Source: Ascoidea asiatica JCM 7603 | Taxonomy: Eukaryota > Fungi > Ascomycota | DNA length: 64,000 nt | Direction: 5' to 3' | Assembly (NCBI GenBank): GCA_001600695.1 | Contig: BCKQ01000002.1 | Location: 2,298,151-2,362,150 of the forward strand | In this document: positions 55,149-64,000 of the stretch, in pieces | Position numbering within the stretch: the stretch's first letter is position 1 | Layout of the letters: each line of letters begins with the position of its first letter | Program-made: the position numbers and the translations under genes | Notes under the pieces: generated by a model | Database searches by the model: none | What the model was told of the DNA's origin: nothing | What the model saw: the letters and a program-made list of their open reading frames with translations, nothing else

Positions 55149-57047
55149 TTATACAGTTTGAATAAATATTGCATAAAGTAAAATGACGGAAAGAGCAAGT
55201 TCAATAGATTGATAAAAAATAGTTGTGAAATTGAAATAACTTAAATGTAAAAATAAACCTTTTAATCGTTTAATTCTTTTATTTTTTCTATTATTTTTAT
55301 TATTATTGAATATAGCATTATATTTATTTCTTGAATGATTAGTTGGTAATTGTTCTTCAAATTCAATATCTATGCTAAAATTATTTTCATTATTACTATT
55401 ATTATTAATATTATCATTGGAATCATTTGAATTATTGAAATCTAAACTTAAATTTGATTTTTTTTTATCCAATTGATGGATATCTAAACTGTTATTATTG
55501 TTATTGTCTTTATTATTAGTATGACTATTTTCATTATTTAAGATTTTTAAAAAATTTGCAATTCTATGACTTGTACCAATATTTTCAGTATTATTATAAG
55601 AGCCATAGGTATTATAAGAGTTATAATTATTGAAATAATTGTATTGATTATATTTTCTCATTAATTTCAATTTATTTTTATTAATTAATAAAAAATTAAC
55701 TAAAATTATAATAATAAAAGAAAAAAATGATAAAAAAATATAACTGATTATATCATTATATGGCTTTGGTAAGAAACAAATTTCAGTATTGAAATTATTA
55801 TAATTATGATTATTTCTTTGATTAAATGGTTTGGTATTTATTGTTAATAACTGTACAGCAGGATATTTAATTCCCATAGCCATTGAGATTGATTTAACGG
55901 TAATTTCTTTAACATTTATGAATTCATTAATATTATTGGTATTCTCCGGATTATCATTTAATTTATATTCATGAGTAATTTCACAATAATCATGATCATC
56001 AGCTGAAAATATTAAATCAGGTTTAATTTTTTGTAAAATTTCATTTGATAAATCTGAATCTAAAACAGTTTGATATTGATGACCTTTTGTAAAAGGAAAA
56101 TTTTTATTTTCTCTTAATTTACCACAATAATCATCTTTATTTCTCATTAGAGGAACATGAGATAATAAAATTCTAGGTAAAATTTTTTCTTCATTTGAAA
56201 TTTGATCTAATAAATTTCTTGGTTTTGAATAAATTAAATCATTAATATTATTTGATAAGGATAAAGTATCTAATGGAATTATTAAAGTATTTGCTAATTT
56301 GAATGGAATTGGATCACCAAAATTTTTTTCAAATCTTTCTTTTGAGTTTAAATTTATACCATTTGACCAGCCTATATCATGATTACCAGGTAAAAATTTT
56401 AAAAAATTTTTATTAGTATCTAAATTATTATAATTTTTGAAAATATTATTAAATCTAATTAACTGATTATTGAAATAAGTATCAGAAGAAGATCTACCAT
56501 TATCTAAATAATCTCCTAAAAAGATTATTGATTGTGGTTTCAAATATTTACTTAAATATTTGAAATTTTTCTTTAGATAATTATCACTAGTGAATTTTGC
56601 TAAATTTAAAAATAAATTATTATAAGAAGGATAAGTATGATTATCAATTAGCTGAGGATCTGCAACTAGCATTATTTTATAAAACTCATTATTTATTTCC
56701 ATATTATTATTCATTTCTTTATCTATATCCTTTTTCACTTCTTTATTTAATTGTTTATCTAAATCTAGATTTGAGTCTATATTATCTTCTATATTAATAT
56801 CATTATTTTTATTAATATTTTCTTTTGAATCACTTAAATCATTCAAGTTATTTGAATTTAGTATTGAGGATCTTTGAAGATTTTGAATTGAATTATAGGT
56901 TGGATTCCAATTTTCCCATTGACATTTAGAAATATATTTTATTGGTAAATATTTTTCATGATAATAAAAAGTTAAAAACCATAAAAAGAATAAAATTACT
57001 AAATGTAATGACTTTATTCTTGGTTTTATTAGATTGGAAAGCCCCAT
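55149..57047 (-). CDS. CDC1: ER membrane Mn-dependent metallophosphoesterase (GPI-anchor remodelling)
   Basis: ADPQLID.HTYP, LGDYLDNGR, PGNHDIG, LSHVPL, FSADDHDYC, EITVKSISMAMGI.YPAVQLL; terminal TM segments. Confidence 0.88.
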   Translation of the reverse strand: MGLSNLIKPRIKSLHLVILFFLWFLTFYYHEKYLPIKYISKCQWENWNPTYNSIQNLQRSSILNSNNLNDLSDSKENINKNNDINIEDNIDSNLDLDKQLNKEVKKDIDKEMNNNMEINNEFYKIMLVADPQLIDNHTYPSYNNLFLNLAKFTSDNYLKKNFKYLSKYLKPQSIIFLGDYLDNGRSSSDTYFNNQLIRFNNIFKNYNNLDTNKNFLKFLPGNHDIGWSNGINLNSKERFEKNFGDPIPFKLANTLIIPLDTLSLSNNINDLIYSKPRNLLDQISNEEKILPRILLSHVPLMRNKDDYCGKLRENKNFPFTKGHQYQTVLDSDLSNEILQKIKPDLIFSADDHDYCEITHEYKLNDNPENTNNINEFINVKEITVKSISMAMGIKYPAVQLLTINTKPFNQRNNHNYNNFNTEICFLPKPYNDIISYIFLSFFSFIIIILVNFLLINKNKLKLMRKYNQYNYFNNYNSYNTYGSYNNTENIGTSHRIANFLKILNNENSHTNNKDNNNNNSLDIHQLDKKKSNLSLDFNNSNDSNDNINNNSNNENNFSIDIEFEEQLPTNHSRNKYNAIFNNNKNNRKNKRIKRLKGLFLHLSYFNFTTIFYQSIELALSVILLYAIFIQTV

Positions 57048-57584
57048 TTATTTAAAAATATCTTTCAATATTATTAATTTTATTATTATGTTTATATTTT
57101 CAAATATTTATATATCTATACATTCATTAGATTCATTCGACTCGTTAGATTTATCAGATTAGTATATTGAATAAAATTAAATTCAATACTTTTTAACGAG
57201 TAATACTCAAAATCATTGAGATCAATGAATCAAAAAATTTGGTTAGTTGAAGGGTAAACGCGTTCAGGAAAATCAACGTTACAGATTCCGTTAAACACCA
57301 CACCTGCAACAAAGGAGAACCAGAAAAGGGGTCTCGCGCAAAAGATCTTAGAAGCCAAATATATGGTACTGCGTTTAGCCACATATTCAAGCCACCAAGT
57401 TTTGAATCAGTGTTTAGACTGTGTATTGCGGCGTATTTTTAAGTTTTATTGTGAGGGGTACAGCTTCTTACAGGTGATTTTTTTTTTTGTTTCGGAAATG
57501 GTGTCGCCAACGGCTGCCGTCTCCTAAAATCATGTCCGGAAGTGCAAAGCGAGCGGACCGGCTTCTATACCCGCTTTTCCAATC

Positions 57585-57596
57585 ACTCACGTGAGT
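57585..57596. promoter_or_regulatory. 12-bp palindrome containing a Cbf1-type E-box
   Basis: ACTCACGTGAGT in the divergent CDC1 / Zn-cluster promoter island. Confidence 0.55.
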
Positions 57597-58602
57597 ACTC
57601 TAAAATCTTTGCGGAATTCTCCGTAAATTCCACAAGCCTATTGTCGTGTTTGTGGCTGTGCAGTTATGGACTCGGTCAAGTGAAAACCAGCTGAGGAAGA
57701 CTTTATCTACTATCAGCAGTAGTAAAGCCTGGTAAAACAAAATCGATCCAGAAATTGCAGAAGTCGCAGAAAATGCTGAAATTCTGTGAAAATAGAACTA
57801 AAAGTGATTCAAAGAACAAATAGGAAAATGATATCAGAAGAAACAAATGACAACCTACAAATAAGTTCTTTCGAGAACTTCTCTGGGATAAGAGTGGCAA
57901 AGCAGCTTGTGCTTATTAAGTAGTAGTTGTCAGCTCGTCGTTTGGTGGAGAGCAAAACCTGCTGCTGTTTCTGTTCTGCTCTCTGCTTAAGAGAAAGTGC
58001 TTCATTTTTTTGTACATTTTCTTGTTCATTTTCTTGTAATGTCGTGGGTTCACAGCTACCGTGGATTTAGTGGCCAGTTTCTCCGTTGGCCAGTCCAAAG
58101 CACTGCTATTTTACCGACGTTACTACTGTAAGTATTGTAAGCAGTACTGTTAGCTTTGTTAACCGTCATAAAAGAATAAAACAATAAAAAATAAATCAAT
58201 TAAAAAAAGTAATAATCAATTTTATTTATCCAATTAAATATTTAAAAATAAAGAAAAAGAATAAGAAGAAGAATAGTAATAATAATATCTACAGTAGTGT
58301 ATGAGATCATGATTAAAATATTTTATATTTTTCGTTACTTTTAGTTATTATTATTTTTAAAAATTTTCATTTTATTTATCATATAAAATATTAATAAATC
58401 TATTAAAATCAAACTGTGATGAAAAAAAAGCATCTTCAAGTAGAAAGAAAACTATATTCATTCGAATATACCTATTTAATTTCCCAAAAAAGTATCATTT
58501 TTAAAGCACAATTTATATTATCTTCTTCAATATTATCTTTAATATAGCATTCACTATACAATCTTTTCATTTATATATGTATATACATACATATAATATA
58601 AT

Positions 58603-60176
58603 ATGAATATCAGTAATAGATCCAGTTTGGCTAACTCAAAGCTGAAACTTATAGCTCCTAAAGGTTCTGAGCCTACAATTTCTGATTCTTCTTCAAATTC
58701 AAGTCAAAGTACAAATCAAAGTACAAATCAAAGTACAAATCAAAGTACAAATCAAAACACAAATCAAAGCATAAATCAAAATACAAATCAAAACATTAAT
58801 CAAAATGTTCATCATAGCGCTCATCAAAATATTAATCAAAATGCAATTCAAAACACTCATCAAAACATAAATCCAAATACTAATCAGAATATAAATGCAC
58901 TTCCAATTCCAATTCAAAATATCAATCAAGTTCATAATCCTAACCAGATTCCAATTCCAATTCATATCCCAATACAAATTCCAATTCAGAATATAAATCC
59001 AAATTTAAATCCAAATATAAATTCAAATTCAAATCCGAATATAATATCAAATTTAAATTCAAATATTAATCAAAATTCTAGTTTAAACTCAAATCTAAAT
59101 CCAAATCCAAGTTCAAATCCAAATCCAAATTCAATATCTTTATCTTTACACCCAGATCATTCATATTATTCTTATGAAAATTCAGATTTACGTTTAATAA
59201 CCCCAGATTTAAAAAAAGCTTGTTCAAGATGTCGTTCAAAAAAAATTAAATGTTCTTCAGAAATTCCAAGTTGTTCAAATTGTGCAAAACATGAAATCAA
59301 GTGTGATATAATTGATTGTATTTCTTATAGTTTTTTAACTGTTAGAACTTTACAAATTCACATACTTGAACTTCAAAAACAATTAAATCATTCAAATTTT
59401 TTACTAAATAATAATAATAACTCCAATAATAATAATAATAATAATAATATCTCTAATGATAACAACAATAGACAAATTAATCAATTTCAATACCAACAGC
59501 CAATCAATCAACAAACGCTTAGTCAACAAGCCCTCAATCAGCCTATGAATCAACCGCCAATGAATCAACAATCTCTTAATCAATTACAACAAAATGATCA
59601 AAATAATGATCAGCATAATCGTTTTCAACAAGCTCAATTACTTCAACAACAACAGCAGCGCCAAAATTTTAGAACTCCAATTCAATCTATCTCAAATAGT
59701 TCTCAATTTCAACCAATTTATTCAAACAACTCTTATATTCCTCAACAATTTTATGATAATAATCATTCAATAAATAATAATAATACCAATATTAATAATA
59801 ATAATAACATCAATAACAATAACAATAGTAATGGCAATAACAATAACAATAATAATAACAATAATAATAATAATAATAATACAAGCGCTTTTATTTCAAA
59901 TGCAAAACCATTAAATTCAAATTCAATTAGTAATCTAATTAATATTGATCATTCTCCAACAAATACTGCTTTAAGTAATATTTCCAGATCTGATTCAAAT
60001 AATCTAAGAATTGATCAAAATATCTCTAGAAATTCAGAAAATTTGCAAAAAAATTTAAAATCAAATTCAAATTCAAACTCAAACTCAAATCTAAATTCAA
60101 ATCTAAATTCAAACTCAAACTCAAATTCAAATTTAAATCTTGTTTCAAATTCAAATATAAATTCAAATACAAATAA

Positions 60177-60229
<53 letters not shown>

Positions 60230-61899
60230 GTAATAATAATAATAATAATAATAAAAAACCTCCTGTAAATGAAAAAATGACCATAAAAAGTATTATTCAT
60301 TCTTCAAATGAAAATCAAGATATTAATAGTTTAATACATAATATATCTGCAGATGCAAGTAGTCTTCTTTTTCAAAATAATCAATATAATTATACTGGAA
60401 GTCCAGTTGGTGCTGTATTTTTAAGAATTTTTTTAAATTCAATAAATATTGATTATTTAAATGAAAAAGATATTTCCTTTAATAATGATTCTAATATTAA
60501 TCTATCATCATCAAATGATTCAAATAATAATAATAATTTTTTAAAATCTTCAAATTTTGCTCCATTACCTGATAAAAAATTAACTCATTTCCTTTTTTTT
60601 AAATATGTTGAAAAAATTCAAATTTATTATCCTTTTTTAAATCTTGTAAGATTAAGGGAGATTTTTAATAAAATTTATGAAAATCCAAAATTATTATCTC
60701 ATTTACAAAAATTTTATATTTTTATAATACTTGCAATTTCTTCCGAAATGTGCCAAAATAATCCAGATTATAAATCTTTTCTTGATATTTTTAATCCAGA
60801 AGATTATTATAATACTTCTTTAAGATTTTTAACTTCGAATTTTCATTATTTAAGAAAAGATGAATCTTTTATAAAAGTTTTATTACTTTTAACTATTTGG
60901 TATATTCAAACTGATAATAATGATAATATCTGGTTAATATCTAAATTAAATGTTTCCCTTGGTGTTGAACTTGGATTACATAGATACAATAAAGAATGGA
61001 AATTATCTTCTTTTGTTTTAGAAGAAAGAAGTAGATTATGGTGGTCTATTTATGCCCTTGAACGTACAATAGCTATAACTTTAGGAAGAACTTTAGGAAT
61101 TAGAAATCAAGCAATGGATTGTAATTTACCTATAAAAAGTAAAATTGATCAATTAATCAATAATGAAGAAAAAAATATTTCCCTAATTTATGATCAAGTT
61201 AATATTCAACCGGGAATTATGCTTTTTAGTTTAAGAAAAATAGGAGGGGATATAATGGAAACAGTTTATAATAGATCAGATTCACGTCTGTCAATAGGAC
61301 CTGATATTATAACAAAAGTAGCGAATGATTTGAAGAAAAAATTGAAAAATTGGGTTTCAAATGTTGAAAAAGAAATTCCTTTGAATTCTTTTGTTTATTA
61401 TGAATTAAAAGTACAATATTGTTTATATTCAATTTTACTAAATAGACCATCTCCTTCATTTCCACAACCTGATATAAATGCAATTCAACGTTGTTGGGAT
61501 GATTGTCAACTTGCAATTAATAGTTGGTTAAGTTTAAAAGATTCAGGAAATTTATTAAAAACTTGGGGTTTATTACATGATATAATAATGGTTGATTTTG
61601 TATTATTGTATTGTAATTCTAGATTGATTCATGATTCAGCATTAGCCCAAAAAATAATAGAAGATTCTTACACAGTCCTTAATCATTATTATGAAAAAAA
61701 TAGTACAGCAATAAAATTTAAAAAAATTATAACAAAATTAATGATTAACTATGATGAAACCGAGATTTTTCCAAGTCCAGAATTCCCAACTACACAATTT
61801 GAAGGAGATACTGAATTTCAATTGTTTCGGGATGCGATGGTTGGTGACTATGGTGCAGAGCTTATTGAGTGGTTGGGTGATTATTGCTTCACTTCATGA
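58603..61899 (+). CDS. Zn(II)2Cys6 transcription factor with fungal-specific middle domain and long Q/N-rich tracts
   Basis: ACSRCRSKKIKCSSEIPSCSNCAKHEIKC; middle homology region ELGLHR...EERSRLWWSIYALERTIAITLGR; acidic C-terminus. Confidence 0.93.
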
Positions 61900-62081
61900 A
61901 TAAATTAAAAAAAAATACACTTTCTTCCCAACTTTTATTTTTTATTTGATTAATTTACAGAAATTTTAAAATACATTGCTCATTAATTTTCAATACTTTT
62001 TTTTAGAATCGATTTTAATAGGTGATGAAATAGGAGCAATTCAAGGCAAAATCAGAAAATATTTATAAAAAAAGTAAAAAT

Positions 62082-64000
62082 TCACTCTTCAATTTCACCA
62101 AAAAATAATCCAGAAATTATTTGTTCCGCATCATTTTGTTTTAAAATTATTTCAGCAATTTCATTTCCTACTCTATTTTGAAGTTTTAGTATAGTTTTTT
62201 CACTAAATTTGAAATCTTTTTCAGGTTTAGATTCTATTATATCCATTTTTTCATCTCCATCAATATCAATATTAGAATCAGTATTAGAAGTGGAATCAGT
62301 ATTATTATTAGGACTAATACTATTATTATTTGAAACTTGAGAAGATTTATCATTTATACCAATTTCTAAATTTAAAGATCTTAAAGAAAGTAAAATTGCA
62401 TCAATTAGAATTTTTTTCTCTTTTAAAAATTTTTGAATTTTTAGTTCTTTTTCAGTTGAAGAAGCATTAAAATTAAGTGAAGAATTTTCAGAAATATCTA
62501 AATTTTCTATTATATCTAAATTTTTTTGTTTTTGATCAGTATTATAATTAAAAAAAATTAATTTTGACCAATTTTTTAAATTTCCAATTATTAAAATTCT
62601 AACAGAATCAGGACCTAATTTTGTTATACCTTTAATAGAACCATAATATGAGCCGAAATTTTTTGAGAAATTTAATTGTAAAGCTTCATTCTCATTCTCA
62701 TTCTCATTATCATCTTCATTATCAATACTAATGCTATTTTTATTGCTATTGTTTATAATTAGATTATTTAGATTATTTACATCATTATTTGCATTATCAT
62801 TTATATTATTTAATAGATCTTTATTATCTTTATTATCTTTATTATCTTTATTATCTTTATTATCTTTATTATCCTTAGAATCTTTAGAATCCTTATCTTC
62901 TTTATCTTCTTTATCTTTTTTATTTTCTTCATTATTACTATTATTGACAATAATATTATTATCATTATCTTTATCATCATTATTTGAGATAGTTGAAGGA
63001 GATTGTATACTTGTAGTTAAAAAAGCTTTTAATAAAGTTCTTGCAACTTTTGGTTTTAAATATTTATAAGATTTTGAATATTTTTTCATTACATGTTCTA
63101 ATAAACTTGCAGCAAAATCTCTAATATTAATATGATGATATAAAGTATGTAAATTATCATTAGAAATTAGAATTTTTTCATTTTCATTATTTAAATTTTG
63201 ATTTTGATTTTGATTGTTTTGTTTAATTAAATTTTTTAAAGATGGACCAATTCTTTTTGCTAATAATAAAGTTAAAATTGAAGGCATTAAACCATGAATA
63301 TAAGGATCGAGAAATATAGTTTCATTTGAGATTAAAGAATATATAACTTCTAAGATTACAGTTAATAAATTAATATTTTTTAAATTATGAGTAATTTGTT
63401 CTTTAATAAATTCAATAAAATAAGGTACTAATTGATGTAAACCAGGATCAGATTTTATTGAATTTAAAGCAGCTTGTTTAAGATTTAAATTATTATCATT
63501 ATTTTGTAAGTTAATTGAATTTGAATTTGAATTTGAATTTTGAATTTCTGTATTATTATTTATAATATCATCAGGTTGAATTAAAATTTCAACAACTTTA
63601 TTAAAATATACTTGTAATTCTTTTGATAATACATGTTTAACTAAAGGTCTAATTTCTATATCTTTTGATATAGATAAAGAACTATTTATATTATTTATAT
63701 TGTTAATGTTATTTATATTATTGATTGATTTATTTTTTGAATTACCATTTAAAATAGGTTGATCATTTTGATTTTGATTTTGATCAATAACTGTTGATTG
63801 AGATTGTGGAATTAATTGTGATTGTGATTGAGATTGAGATTGAGTAAGTGATTGAGTAAGTGGTTGAGATTGAGATTGAGATTGAGTGGATAAACCTATT
63901 GAATTTGAATTTAAGATATTATTTATAATTGAACCTCTTTTTGAAGGTAATTGAGATTTAATTTCTGAAATTAAAGGATTTTGAGGAATTATTGGTTGAA
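62082..64000 (-). CDS. TAF6: TFIID/SAGA subunit Taf6 (5'-partial; the gene begins beyond the window end)
   Basis: The frame is open from 63998: [85 protein letters not shown]. The track ORF from 63287 starts at an internal Met. Confidence 0.93.
   Translation of the reverse strand, partial: QPIIPQNPLISEIKSQLPSKRGSIINNILNSNSIGLSTQSQSQSQPLTQSLTQSQSQSQSQLIPQSQSTVIDQNQNQNDQPILNGNSKNKSINNINNINNINNINSSLSISKDIEIRPLVKHVLSKELQVYFNKVVEILIQPDDIINNNTEIQNSNSNSNSINLQNNDNNLNLKQAALNSIKSDPGLHQLVPYFIEFIKEQITHNLKNINLLTVILEVIYSLISNETIFLDPYIHGLMPSILTLLLAKRIGPSLKNLIKQNNQNQNQNLNNENEKILISNDNLHTLYHHINIRDFAASLLEHVMKKYSKSYKYLKPKVARTLLKAFLTTSIQSPSTISNNDDKDNDNNIIVNNSNNEENKKDKEDKEDKDSKDSKDNKDNKDNKDNKDNKDNKDLLNNINDNANNDVNNLNNLIINNSNKNSISIDNEDDNENENENEALQLNFSKNFGSYYGSIKGITKLGPDSVRILIIGNLKNWSKLIFFNYNTDQKQKNLDIIENLDISENSSLNFNASSTEKELKIQKFLKEKKILIDAILLSLRSLNLEIGINDKSSQVSNNNSISPNNNTDSTSNTDSNIDIDGDEKMDIIESKPEKDFKFSEKTILKLQNRVGNEIAEIILKQNDAEQIISGLFFGEIEE

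Noticed and set aside
62082-63287. Stand-alone 401-aa gene as given by the ORF track
   Set aside because: The frame continues without a stop to the window edge; it is the C-terminal part of TAF6.

Overview
Very AT-rich, gene-dense nuclear DNA from a budding yeast (Saccharomycotina). The evidence is yeast-type orthologues, one GTATGT/TACTAAC/CAG intron, a complex I subunit, ATG37 and a Tbf1/Cbf1-type ribosomal-protein promoter. The species cannot be determined from sequence alone; the style resembles AT-rich, poly-Asn-rich yeasts such as Ascoidea or Candida boidinii (inference). There are 23 protein-coding genes in order: ALG5, an atypical Ras-like P-loop protein, a secreted M20 peptidase, a MOSC/mARC protein, a PDR ABC transporter, HDA2, an orphan Myb/SANT-like gene, YAP1, ATG37, RPL12, IBD2-like, SUR2, MHR1, MRP1, a HAD-IIA hydrolase, an NDUFB2-like subunit, CDC20, PRP21, BCK1, APL4, a GH3 beta-glucosidase, CDC1 and a Zn2Cys6 factor, followed by the 3' part of TAF6. 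Features the ORF track misses include: a decayed histone H3 pseudogene between BCK1 and APL4 with mostly C>T/G>A changes; a 3'-terminal intron in RPL12; a cluster of eight Ste12-type TGAAACA sites around a disrupted leftward reading frame; a 5'-to-3' switch from GGT to GGA glycine codons inside long genes; and GC/CpG-rich islands that mark promoters. No tRNA, rRNA, CRISPR array or intact transposon was found. I see no clear-cut new multi-gene system. The best leads are the orphan Myb/SANT locus, the Ras-like pseudo-GTPase, the codon gradient and the RPL12 intron.
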